A stretch of DNA of 64,000 bases, taken from the NCBI GenBank assembly GCA_046735395.1, contig JBJKQR010000062.1:86406-150405 (forward strand). The letters are read 5' to 3'. Under the pieces are notes generated by a model. The model made no database searches, was not told where the DNA came from, and saw nothing but the letters and a program-made list of their open reading frames with translations. The translations under genes were made by a program, and so were the position numbers. This document shows, one piece after another, positions 48,419-57,647 of this stretch (positions are counted from its first letter, which is position 1; each line of letters starts with the position of its first letter). The stretch comes from Fidelibacterota bacterium (GTDB lineage: Bacteria; Fidelibacterota; Fidelibacteria; Fidelibacterales; DSDE01).

Positions 48419-49012
48419 CTAAAGCTCGGTGCGCCCTTCGAGGGCACGGGTAAGCGTTGCTTCATCAATAAATTCGAGATCACTCCCCATGGGGATTCCT
48501 CTGGCGAGAAAGCTGAACCGAATCTTTTTTTCCGCCAGCATTTTTTTCAGGTAGAATGCGGTGGTATCCCCTTCGACGGACGGATTTACAGCGAAAATCA
48601 CTTCTTCGACACCATCCAGACGGGACATGAGGCTGTCAATAGCCAGATCTTCCGGGCCGACACCATCCAGCGGCGAAATCAATCCGCCCAGCACATGGTA
48701 ACGTCCGCGGAAACTTGCGGTCTTTTCGATGCTGAATACATCCATGCTGTCCTCCACCACGCAGAGCAGGCGCTGATCACGCCGGGTATCGCTGCAGACA
48801 GGGCAGGGAATATCCTCGGTAATATGGTTGCAGACAGGACAATGCCGAATCTTATCTTTAATATCCAAAAGGCTTTTAGCCAGGGCGACAACGTCATCCC
48901 TGGACTGATCCAATAGGTAAAACGCAATTCTCCGGGCGGATTTCCGTCCGATACCCGGAAATCGGGCAAACTGTTCAGCGAGCTGTTCAATGACAGTTGG
49001 GACTGCACTCAT
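48419..49012 (-). CDS. recR: Recombination protein RecR
   Basis: Carries the LPGIGRKSARR HhH motif, a C4 zinc finger (CPVCNH...CPVC) and a Toprim domain. Confidence 0.95.
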   Translation of the reverse strand: MSAVPTVIEQLAEQFARFPGIGRKSARRIAFYLLDQSRDDVVALAKSLLDIKDKIRHCPVCNHITEDIPCPVCSDTRRDQRLLCVVEDSMDVFSIEKTASFRGRYHVLGGLISPLDGVGPEDLAIDSLMSRLDGVEEVIFAVNPSVEGDTTAFYLKKMLAEKKIRFSFLARGIPMGSDLEFIDEATLTRALEGRTEL

Positions 49013-49338
49013 CAGAAACCGAGGCCGGGAAGATTTCCGCCCAAGCCTCCCATCATGCCTCCCATTTTTTCGTTAGCCAGGTCCTCAGCCTTCTGCAAAG
49101 CCTGAGACACGGCTGCCAGGACCATATCCTCGACCATCTCCACATCTTCCCCCATGATTTCCGGTGAGATATGGATGGCGGTAATCTGTTTCTTGCCGTT
49201 TGCACTGGCGGTGACCATGCCTCCTCCGGCAGAACCTTCCACGATTTCGTTTTCCAGTTCAGCCTGAGCCCTCTCCATTTCCTTCTGCATTTTCTGGGCC
49301 TGTTTCATCAGCCCCTGCATTCCGCCTTTCGGTAGCAT
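49012..49338 (-). CDS. ybaB: YbaB/EbfC nucleoid-associated protein
   Basis: The MQKEMERAQAELE...GGGMVTASANGK pattern, in the dnaX-ybaB-recR context. Confidence 0.9.
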   Translation of the reverse strand: MLPKGGMQGLMKQAQKMQKEMERAQAELENEIVEGSAGGGMVTASANGKKQITAIHISPEIMGEDVEMVEDMVLAAVSQALQKAEDLANEKMGGMMGGLGGNLPGLGF

Positions 49339-49351
49339 CGTCTATCTCCTT

Positions 49352-51106
49352 TCAGATGATTTCGCCGTCAAAGGTCTGAATTATCATCTGTGTTTTTTCA
49401 TCCAATTTCGGTTTTCCTCTTCCTGCGGCTTTCTGCTCTTCAGTCAGACGTGTCTTACGAACCCGCAGGGAAACCGTTCCTCCCGTTTTGTCCTGAATGA
49501 CCGATTCCAGTTCCGCTCTGGCCTTTTCCAGCATCTCAAATCCGAAATCATCACTGTAGCCCATGGTCAGGATTCCGTTTTCCAAACTGTCCAGAGTCAC
49601 CTTGGGCAGAACCCCGAAGAGTACCGGCCGTTTTTCACCGGCCTCACGAATAACATCCTGCCAGATATTCTTAATGATCTCAATATCCTGAATCGCCGGG
49701 CGCCCACCATCTGCTTCACTGCCCTCATCCGTTGCGTCATCCGCATCATTCTCCAGGGGTTCGGGCCTGACCGGATCCGGTACGGAAACAGCTACCGGCC
49801 TGGGTTCATCAACTTTTTTTTTTATGGCGGAAAAAGGGCGGCGGGAATCAGAATCTGCAGAAACCGGCGGAGCTGCAGGAGCAGGAGCCGGCCGCTGTGC
49901 TTCCGGAGTCGGACCGGATGCCGGCCGGGGCGCCGGAGGAGCCGGCGTCCGCTGCCGTGCGGGCGCGGCAGCAGGCCCGTGAGCCTTCACCGTATTCAGA
50001 ATGGTCCCCACATCTTCAAGCTCATCCAGATGGGTGAGCTTGATCAGAAAAGATTCGCTGATGACACGCGGTGAGGAAGAGCGGCTCATCTGCTGTATAT
50101 GATCATTGCACAATGACAGGCTCTGTACGAGCCGGGACGTGCTCAATTTTTCAGACATGGCGTGTACGGACTGTCTCGCCCCATCGGACAGTGACAGCAC
50201 ATCATCACTGCCGCTGGCCTTGTATACATAAACATCCCGGATAAATGAAGCGAATCCATTCATGAACTCAACCAGATCATGTCCGTTCACACTGATATTT
50301 TCCACCATATCCATCATGGCGGTCACATCGCGGTCGAGAACCGCCTGCATGAGAAGTGTATAGGATTCGTCGCGGATAATTCCCAGCATGTCCACGACCT
50401 CATCATAGCCGATCTCATCATCGGAATAGCTGATAACCTGTTCCAGATAGCTCTGACTGTCACGCATGCTGCCGTCTCCGCGCCGGGCGATCAGTGCCAG
50501 CGCATCATCATGAATGGAAATGGATTCCTGTTCGCAGATAAGTTTCAGCCGGTCCGTAATCTCATTGAGAGGAATACGCCGGAATTCAAATCTCTGGCAG
50601 CGGCTCAGGATCGTGGGAAGAACTTTATTCAGCTCCGTCGTTGCAAACAGAAACAGGGCATGGGGCGGCGGTTCTTCGAGCGTTTTCAGGAGGGCATTGA
50701 GAGCGTCCCGGGTAATCTGATGAAATTCATCAATGATATATACCCGGTATTTGCCCCGGGTGGGCGGATACTTGATCATTTCCCGCAGATTCCGGATATC
50801 TTCGATACCGCGGTTGGATGCACCGTCAATTTCCAGAACATCCATATTCCGGCCTTCGGAAATTTCCCGGCAGCTCACACAGCTGTTGCAGGGATTATTA
50901 TTGACCGGCGCTTCACAATTCACACGCTTGGCCAGCAGACGGGCCGTCGTGGTCTTGCCCGTTCCTCTCGGACCGGAAAAGATATAGGCGTGCCCCAGCC
51001 GTTCCTGCTGCAGCGCGTTCTGCAGAACACGGGTAATGTGAGCCTGACCGATGACATCTTCAAAGGTTTCGGGCCGCCACTTTCTTGATATTACCTGATA
51101 GCTCAT
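49352..51106 (-). CDS. dnaX: DNA polymerase III subunits gamma/tau
   Basis: Carries MSYQVISRKWRPETF, GPRGTGKTT, Zn-module cysteines and SRCQRF. The start is set at 51106 because the longer ORF start at 51133 would overlap the SRP RNA. Confidence 0.9.
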   Translation of the reverse strand: MSYQVISRKWRPETFEDVIGQAHITRVLQNALQQERLGHAYIFSGPRGTGKTTTARLLAKRVNCEAPVNNNPCNSCVSCREISEGRNMDVLEIDGASNRGIEDIRNLREMIKYPPTRGKYRVYIIDEFHQITRDALNALLKTLEEPPPHALFLFATTELNKVLPTILSRCQRFEFRRIPLNEITDRLKLICEQESISIHDDALALIARRGDGSMRDSQSYLEQVISYSDDEIGYDEVVDMLGIIRDESYTLLMQAVLDRDVTAMMDMVENISVNGHDLVEFMNGFASFIRDVYVYKASGSDDVLSLSDGARQSVHAMSEKLSTSRLVQSLSLCNDHIQQMSRSSSPRVISESFLIKLTHLDELEDVGTILNTVKAHGPAAAPARQRTPAPPAPRPASGPTPEAQRPAPAPAAPPVSADSDSRRPFSAIKKKVDEPRPVAVSVPDPVRPEPLENDADDATDEGSEADGGRPAIQDIEIIKNIWQDVIREAGEKRPVLFGVLPKVTLDSLENGILTMGYSDDFGFEMLEKARAELESVIQDKTGGTVSLRVRKTRLTEEQKAAGRGKPKLDEKTQMIIQTFDGEII

Positions 51107-51119
51107 ATATTGAAAGGTC

Positions 51120-51219
51120 GACCCCGAATACACTATGGCACATAACGCCGTTGCCTACCGCTGCTTCCTTCCGGACCTGACGGGGTTCAGCACATTGCTA
51201 TTGCATAGGATCCGGGGTC
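51120..51219 (-). ncRNA. ffs: Signal recognition particle RNA (small, 4.5S type)
   Basis: The minus strand reads ...GUCAGGUCCGGAAGGAAGCAGC..., the universal helix-8 motif. The termini GACCCCGGAU / AUUCGGGGUC form a 10-bp closing helix. The position upstream of dnaX is classic. Confidence 0.8.
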
Positions 51220-51652
51220 ATTTTTCCTCTATTTTTCAGACGTTAAATTTAAACAAAGAATACACGAAGGCAAAGAACTTTGATGGGAGAAAGAGGTCGG
51301 GAAAGCAGCTTTATGACGTCCCGGTCACAGAGACGGTGAATTTTGGATTCATCGTAAACGTTTTTGTCATTCGTAATGATTTTGGACGGCCAATATCGGT
51401 TATTCTGCATGACTTTGTATTTTTTCTGTATTCATGTGAAAAATAACTTTCCCTGTCTGACCTCAAGGCAAAAGGATCGCCGTGTCAGCGCCCGGATTCA
51501 CAGGAAGATTTCGAACATGCCGGAAACCCGGAATTCCCCGTCTGACTCATCTGTACCGGACAGCGCACACAGCAAATTTCGACAGGAAGGTTTTTATTGC
51601 TATTCAAGGGGAAAGAATATATTTTAGCTCAAGCAATTTAAGGAGTAAAACA

Positions 51653-53914
51653 ATGAAATGCAGACATGCCATATCGGGAATTGTACTGGCGCTTTGTGTG
51701 CAGGTATTGACCGCCGCACCCATCGCCAGCATCATCAAGGCCCAGAATGATGTCGCCCTGAAAAAAGAGGCCGATTTCGACTATCAGAGTCCGATACCGG
51801 TCGGCACCGGAATTGATATATTTGATGCCCTCCGCACCGGAGATTCCAGTTATGCGGCCGTCGTCTTCATGGATGACAAGAGTATTGTAAAAATTCGCGA
51901 AAATTCGCAGCTGGAAATCAGTGAAAGCGGAAATATCCGCACGGTTTCCATGGACAAGGGGAAAGTCCTGTTTGACATCAACCCTCAGAAAGTGAAAGAA
52001 TTTACAGTCAAGACACCCGTTTCGGTTGCATCCGTCAAGGGAACGGAATTCTGGGTTCTTACTGATGACAACGGCCAGCAGTTCATCACCAAACGGGGAA
52101 CGGTGAATGTTTTCAATCCTGCCACCATGCAGAGTTTTGATGTCACAGCGGGTAACATGTGTGTGGTGGATCAGAGCGGAGCCATGTCCACAAGGCCCTA
52201 TACACCGGATGACCTGCCCGATGAAAGCATGTTCGGAACCGATATTCCGTCGCCTCAGGAAGAAAGCGCACCGGAAGAGACCGGAACGGATTCAAGCGCC
52301 ACAGCCCCCACGGGTGATCTGACACCATCTGAAACCGTTGAGCCCCAGACCGTGACGGTACCCGAACCCGCCGCTCCGGCTCCTGCGGAAGCACCGGCTG
52401 AAGCCCCAGCGGAAGAAGCGGCTCCCAAAAAAGGAAATGAAAATTTTGGCCTCGGCCTCGGTGTCGGCGCTGTCACCCTGGACGGAGTCCTCTACAATCA
52501 GATTGCCGCTCGTCCCACATTCAAGCTGGGAAAACTCGGCGTGGGACTGGACATTGTTCTCTATATTGATCAGGAAGGCAAAATCCGCAAGGATGACTGG
52601 AACAATGCTGCGGCCATCATTGATAAAATCTATTTCCTCAGCTGGGGCGCAAAGGGCGACCCGCTCTATGTACGCGTCGGCGGACTGGATAATGTGACTG
52701 TCGGCAACGGCATCCTTGTCAATGGCTACAGCAACATGCTGGAATATCCGGATGTCAAACGCATGGGCGTGGATTTTTCCATCACCCGGAAAAACATCGA
52801 AGTTGACGGTTTCCTGGCTGACTGGAAGGAATTTGCCGGTGAAAGCGCAGTTCCCGGCCTGGTTGCCGGACGCGTCGCCTACAAGGGAAAATTCGGACTT
52901 CCGTTTGTCGCAGGTCTCACCGTGGCCGGAGATCTGAATCCCTACAATGCCTTTGACAAGGATAAGGACGGCGACGGCTACTCGGATCTCATTGATATGT
53001 TCCCGGATGACAAGAACGCCTATGACGACCAGCTGGATAAGGATATGGACACGAAAGTGGACCCCATTCCCGGACTCACCGATGATATCCGCCTGGCCAT
53101 CGTCCGCTCCAATCCCCGTTATACGGGACTCGACACCAACGGCGTTACTCCCATCGGTATTCCCACTATTGCTGATATGATGCAGAATGCACCGCGCATC
53201 CTCTCCTACTCCTTCGACCTCACCATACCGCTGCTCTCGAACAAGCTTCTGTCGATGAATGTCTATACAGACGAAGCGATCATGCACTATTCCTATTATG
53301 ATGCAACCAATAAGCAGCAGAGCCTGAGTGCCTTCGGTATGGCACCCATCGGACTCTCCGCCTCCCTGTTCAAGTTCATCAACATGAAAGTTGAATACAG
53401 AATGGCTCAGGAAAGCTTCGTCTATGGCTTCTTTGACCGGAACTATGACGTAGCCCGCGTATATGTCCGTCAGGAAAACAACGCGCTGGTCGGCAAGACC
53501 CGTATGGATGCCGTGATGGAACAGGGCATACCGGCCGTGAACGGCATATACGGATCCCTCGCGGCTAAGATCGGCAACCTGGCCACCGCAGGCGTGAGCT
53601 ATATGGACATGAGCGCCGGAGCGGATCAGCTGAAGACCTTCAATGCCACTGCCGGTATTCAGAAAGGCGTCGTTCCGAAACTGAGCCAGGCCTATGCATA
53701 TTATATCCGCAACAATGACAACAATCCCTTCGACTTCTCCCATCCTTCGGCCAATACGACCATGGGTTACAAGGTCGCTGCCGAAGTCTCTCCGGGAGTT
53801 GACATTGTATGGAATTATATGGTCACCTACCGTGATGATAACGGAGACGGATCCATTGATCCTGCCACCGAAGCCGTGAAGGTAATGTCCATCGAAACAG
53901 GATTTAATTTCTAG
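51653..53914 (+). CDS. Secreted FecR-domain protein fused through a Pro/Ala/Glu linker to a large putative outer-membrane beta-barrel domain
   Basis: An AAGGAG RBS and a signal peptide are present. The FecR pattern reads (...FTVKTPVSVASVKGTEFWV). The linker reads (PAAPAPAEAPAEAPAEEAAP). A TSP3-like Asp-rich Ca motif is DKDKDGDGYSDLIDMFPDD. The protein ends in a terminal ...TGFNF. Confidence 0.6.
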   Translation: MKCRHAISGIVLALCVQVLTAAPIASIIKAQNDVALKKEADFDYQSPIPVGTGIDIFDALRTGDSSYAAVVFMDDKSIVKIRENSQLEISESGNIRTVSMDKGKVLFDINPQKVKEFTVKTPVSVASVKGTEFWVLTDDNGQQFITKRGTVNVFNPATMQSFDVTAGNMCVVDQSGAMSTRPYTPDDLPDESMFGTDIPSPQEESAPEETGTDSSATAPTGDLTPSETVEPQTVTVPEPAAPAPAEAPAEAPAEEAAPKKGNENFGLGLGVGAVTLDGVLYNQIAARPTFKLGKLGVGLDIVLYIDQEGKIRKDDWNNAAAIIDKIYFLSWGAKGDPLYVRVGGLDNVTVGNGILVNGYSNMLEYPDVKRMGVDFSITRKNIEVDGFLADWKEFAGESAVPGLVAGRVAYKGKFGLPFVAGLTVAGDLNPYNAFDKDKDGDGYSDLIDMFPDDKNAYDDQLDKDMDTKVDPIPGLTDDIRLAIVRSNPRYTGLDTNGVTPIGIPTIADMMQNAPRILSYSFDLTIPLLSNKLLSMNVYTDEAIMHYSYYDATNKQQSLSAFGMAPIGLSASLFKFINMKVEYRMAQESFVYGFFDRNYDVARVYVRQENNALVGKTRMDAVMEQGIPAVNGIYGSLAAKIGNLATAGVSYMDMSAGADQLKTFNATAGIQKGVVPKLSQAYAYYIRNNDNNPFDFSHPSANTTMGYKVAAEVSPGVDIVWNYMVTYRDDNGDGSIDPATEAVKVMSIETGFNF

Positions 53915-53919
53915 GGCCT

Positions 53920-54693
53920 TTGATCAAATACCTGAAAATCCTACTTTTCTTACTGATAATAACTGTCCCCTTATCTGCTGATATCCGGCAGGAGGGGACA
54001 GTTCTCGTTCTGTCCACGAAAGTCGGATCTGATATCGATTCACTGGAAAATGTGTATTATGGCATATTTCCGCAGGTCCGGAATTTCCATAAAGCCTGGT
54101 TTCTCTACCAGGACAGCACGAAGGTTCGCTGCGAAATCGAGTACTGGGGCAATCCGGGACATCTGGTACACCGCAGCATCATCCTGAGCGACCGCAGCTT
54201 TATGGAGAAGAAAACAGATATCGGGCTTATTCCCGCCATGCCGGCGAACTGGGGTGAGATCAGCAGTGCAGAAATAGCCCGAAAGGAAAATGCAGAGCTT
54301 CTGATGGCCATTCCCGGCGGCAGCGAACTGCTGATCCGGACCTATGACCGCGGCCGCTACAAGGGGCAGGTCCGGACCAATGAAGCCAATGAGCTCAAAG
54401 TCCGGGAAACGCTCCTGTCCCACCGGATTCCCTACGATACTATAAAAAGCTGCACCATTCTGGAAGACAGGGAACTGACGCCCGAGCTGGATCTGCGGAT
54501 ACGGCTCACACTGTCTGCAGTAGCAGGAGGCGGCATCTGGTACCTGAGCCCGTCCCTGGCCACAGACCGGCGATTATACCGAAGCTTCACATTTTCCGTG
54601 GCCACATATTTCATCTCCAAACCCCTGATCCGGTCGGTCATCGGCCGCTTTCCACGCAAAACCCGCGTAAAACTTAAAAACACAAGATCTTAG
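53920..54693 (+). CDS. Hypothetical exported/membrane protein
   Basis: TTG start 5 nt after the preceding stop. It has an N-terminal signal-like helix. I recognise no motif. Confidence 0.4.
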   Translation: MIKYLKILLFLLIITVPLSADIRQEGTVLVLSTKVGSDIDSLENVYYGIFPQVRNFHKAWFLYQDSTKVRCEIEYWGNPGHLVHRSIILSDRSFMEKKTDIGLIPAMPANWGEISSAEIARKENAELLMAIPGGSELLIRTYDRGRYKGQVRTNEANELKVRETLLSHRIPYDTIKSCTILEDRELTPELDLRIRLTLSAVAGGGIWYLSPSLATDRRLYRSFTFSVATYFISKPLIRSVIGRFPRKTRVKLKNTRS

Positions 54694-54723
54694 AGCGCCC
54701 TGTTTATGTGGTCGTCATCGGAT

Positions 54724-55881
54724 TTATTTTTTATATAATTTCATTCTTTCACTGACCTTGTCGAGATAGGTTTTTGTCTCGTCATAGGGCAGACGCTGTT
54801 TCATGGTACGATAAACCTGCGATGCGGACAGACGGTTGATATCGGAAAGGGCTTTTTTCACATTCGTGCTTCCCGTAAATGCTTTTGATACATTACCGGC
54901 TCCAGTATTGTAGGCCGCGATAATGCAGTAGGTCCGGGATGTCTCATCACGGAGATCGGCAAAATAGCGCTGAGACAGCAGGTGCAGATAGGCCGTTCCC
55001 AGCTCAATATTGCGCTCCGCATCGTAGAGATAATTGGCATGAAGAACCCGGTCCCGGTTATACACGAATTTATAGGCATCCCGTCCGGCATACTTCGGAA
55101 CCAGCTGCATCAGTCCATAGGCCGGAATGGGGCTGGTCGCTTTTGGATTGAAACAGGATTCGGTATGGATGACTGCATAAACCAGCGCCGGATCCAGCTT
55201 ATATTTCAATGCATATTTTTTTACGAGATTTTCGTACTGTTTCGCCCGAACCTGCAGATGATCGGGCACGAGAGAAAAATTCACGGATACGGTGACGCGC
55301 TGCCGGCCGTCCTTCCCCCTTACTTTTTCTTTTTTCATCGTCTTCGGGGTCACCACGGTTCGGGCAAAGGCAGCCACATTCGACGGCGTCACCGCTTTCC
55401 GGTCCGAAGTGACGATCTGTCCGGCCAGGACAGCCCCCGGTTCGAGAGGTGCCGCTTTCTCCACGCTGCTGCTGTAGTCCTTCGTCGACCCTCTGCTCAG
55501 CGCAACCGACTCCACGGCCTGTTCCAGCTTCTGCTGCACGAGACGGGGATCCTCCGCTTCTTTCGGTGAAAGCAGCACTTCAACCTTGGCCTGACCGTTT
55601 TCAAAATCCACATCCGATCGCCAGGTCTTATCGGATCCATACTCGACCCAGTCCCTGTTCGTGCTTTCCTCAAAGTCACCCCACATCCCCTCGATTTCAT
55701 CACGAAAAGACTGATAGGCAGCCCGATCCGCCTCCACATATGCATTATATTCATTCAGAAACTGCTGGGTAAAGGCATCCTGAGCAGCCTGATCCTGCCG
55801 CAGAAAATCTTCGTAACTCTGCTGTGAATACGCAAAACCCAGTGACAGCACAAGTACTATGAACCCGTTTTTTAAGCGCAT
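54724..55881 (-). CDS. mltC: Membrane-bound lytic murein transglycosylase C-like (DUF3393 plus SLT domain)
   Basis: HTESCFNPKATSPIPAYGLMQLVP, ...GTAYLHLL and ...IAAYNTGAGNV align closely with E. coli MltC motifs. Confidence 0.8.
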   Translation of the reverse strand: MRLKNGFIVLVLSLGFAYSQQSYEDFLRQDQAAQDAFTQQFLNEYNAYVEADRAAYQSFRDEIEGMWGDFEESTNRDWVEYGSDKTWRSDVDFENGQAKVEVLLSPKEAEDPRLVQQKLEQAVESVALSRGSTKDYSSSVEKAAPLEPGAVLAGQIVTSDRKAVTPSNVAAFARTVVTPKTMKKEKVRGKDGRQRVTVSVNFSLVPDHLQVRAKQYENLVKKYALKYKLDPALVYAVIHTESCFNPKATSPIPAYGLMQLVPKYAGRDAYKFVYNRDRVLHANYLYDAERNIELGTAYLHLLSQRYFADLRDETSRTYCIIAAYNTGAGNVSKAFTGSTNVKKALSDINRLSASQVYRTMKQRLPYDETKTYLDKVSERMKLYKK

Positions 55882-56004
55882 ATTAAATCTCCGTGTTTGA
55901 ACCGGGACAGCTTACGACAATTGATGACAGAATTCAAGACAGCATTTTTCCCTGAAGCGGAAAAACTGCCATCCATTATAGGGACCCCGCAACCTATTCT
56001 GCCT

Positions 56005-56033
56005 TTGACTTTCCGTATTTTTGCCCGTAAACT
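56005..56033 (+). promoter_or_regulatory. Candidate sigma-70 promoter
   Basis: TTGACT, 17 nt spacer, TAAACT, about 30 nt upstream of the ATG at 56065. Confidence 0.3.
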
Positions 56034-56064
56034 GTAGCGAACGGATCGTACAGGGAGGCGTGCC

Positions 56065-57393
56065 ATGAAACGAATAGTTCAGACCCTTGGCTTTTGCATT
56101 CTGATCATTATTAAACTCGGGAGCCCACTCAACGCAGCTGATGCGGATTCTCTCGTATCTGTCTCACCCGCGACTGTCTATGTGAACTGCCTGAGGACCG
56201 TCATGCTGGACCACCAGATCAGTGATGAGGAAAAGGCCTTTCTGAATACCCTGGCCACTTCCCTCCATCTGTCTCCTCAGGTTTGCGCAGGCTTTCAGAC
56301 CAGCCTGATCAGCACACTGCCGAAACATCTGGACCAGAGCGGACGCTGGCCTCTGATTCTGCAGAATATCGCCTGGGGTTCCGGACTCTACGGATGGGCC
56401 GTGCCCACAGTTCTGGGCGTTCAGGATGGCAAGTGGATCATAGGAAGCGAAATGATGTCCTTTGCCGGCGCCTTTTATCTGACTCACAAATATACGCAGC
56501 ATATGGACATCAATCACGCCCGTGCCCAGATGATGAGAACAGGTTCCGGTATCGGTTTTCATATGGGATGGAGCGTGAATACGATTTTCAATATCTGGGA
56601 TCACAATGAAAACAAGGCGGCACTGACCGTCCTCATGGCTGCGGTCCCGGCAGGAATTCTGGGCGGAGATTATATATACCGTACCTGGGAACCGTCCAAT
56701 GGCCAGGCCTGGGCACTCACCCTCTGGGGAGAAATCGGCTGGTTAACCGTCATGCAGCTTCACAATATCCTCGCGCCGGCTCCCGACAGCTATGAACTGT
56801 ACGGTGACAGCCGGGATGCGGAAGCTGAAGCATGGGCCAAAGGCCGGGCCCTGACGACCATTCTGTCCTACCCCCTGGGCATCTGGGCAGGACACGACTA
56901 TTTCGGTGACAGGGCCTACAGCCTTGGGGATGCGTTCATGCTGACTTCCGGCTATGGCATGGGAATGGGCAGCGCGCTTATGCTGGGGGACCTTGTGGGC
57001 ATCAATGTTGATGGTGACCGCGCCCGGGCTCTCAGCGTTCTGGGCGGACTGGGCGGTGTTATCCTCATGGATAAGTATATTGCCGGTTATGATTACAGTT
57101 TCGGTCAGGCTTTTCTCATGACCCTGGGCACCGGATCGGGCATCCTCTTCAATATGGGACTGGGAGCCATTATGGAAGTGAATTCAGCCAAGACAGTGGA
57201 ATTTCTGGTTCTCACCGGCGGGGCAGCCGGTTTTGTTCTGACCCGTAAAATCATTGATCCGGCGGCCGAAAATTCACTCACGGCGCAGCAAAGCCCGTCA
57301 GTTTCCCTCTATCCCGTCCTCTTCAGCAGCGTAGCCCGATCTTCGAAAAGCACCCGCCCTGTCCCTGGCCTGCAGTGTGAAGTTCGCTTTTAA
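56065..57393 (+). CDS. Hypothetical Gly-rich membrane/envelope protein
   Basis: A GGGAGG RBS and a signal peptide are present. A short TerB-like helix pair reads (ISDEEKAFLNTLATSLHLS). Multiple Gly-rich hydrophobic segments follow. The protein ends ...EVRF. Confidence 0.5.
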   Translation: MKRIVQTLGFCILIIIKLGSPLNAADADSLVSVSPATVYVNCLRTVMLDHQISDEEKAFLNTLATSLHLSPQVCAGFQTSLISTLPKHLDQSGRWPLILQNIAWGSGLYGWAVPTVLGVQDGKWIIGSEMMSFAGAFYLTHKYTQHMDINHARAQMMRTGSGIGFHMGWSVNTIFNIWDHNENKAALTVLMAAVPAGILGGDYIYRTWEPSNGQAWALTLWGEIGWLTVMQLHNILAPAPDSYELYGDSRDAEAEAWAKGRALTTILSYPLGIWAGHDYFGDRAYSLGDAFMLTSGYGMGMGSALMLGDLVGINVDGDRARALSVLGGLGGVILMDKYIAGYDYSFGQAFLMTLGTGSGILFNMGLGAIMEVNSAKTVEFLVLTGGAAGFVLTRKIIDPAAENSLTAQQSPSVSLYPVLFSSVARSSKSTRPVPGLQCEVRF

Positions 57394-57472
57394 AACACGG
57401 AAGATCTTATCTTTCGATCCGCGTTTTATTTTACGTCCGATACTGAATATATCCGGTTTACATATCGCTGTT

Positions 57473-57516
57473 CCGGATGAGAACAACATATACCTTAGTC
57501 ATCCGGTATATTTTTT
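57473..57516 (+). terminator. Possible terminator/operator hairpin
   Basis: CCGGATGA, 18 nt loop, TCATCCGG, then TATA-T6. The long loop lowers confidence. Confidence 0.3.
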
Positions 57517-57647
57517 CCCGGAGCAGCAAATTCTCCTGTCATCGTGGGATTTTTTTTGTAAACTACTTCAGTTTTGTGTGGAGCCTGTGAAGAAATTTTG
57601 ATTCAGAATCCACGACAGCACCGTAATCAGAAAGAGACGACGACACG

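Noticed and set aside
51107-51133. Nine-codon N-terminal extension of dnaX given by the ORF track (MYSGSTFQY...).
   Set aside because: It overlaps the 3' closing helix of the SRP RNA, and the canonical DnaX N-terminus MSYQV..RKWRP begins at 51106.
52363-52426. 12-nt periodic repeat (gaagcaccggct / gaagccccagcg / gaagaagcggct).
   Set aside because: It simply encodes the in-frame Pro/Ala/Glu linker of the FecR-domain protein and is not an independent repeat element.
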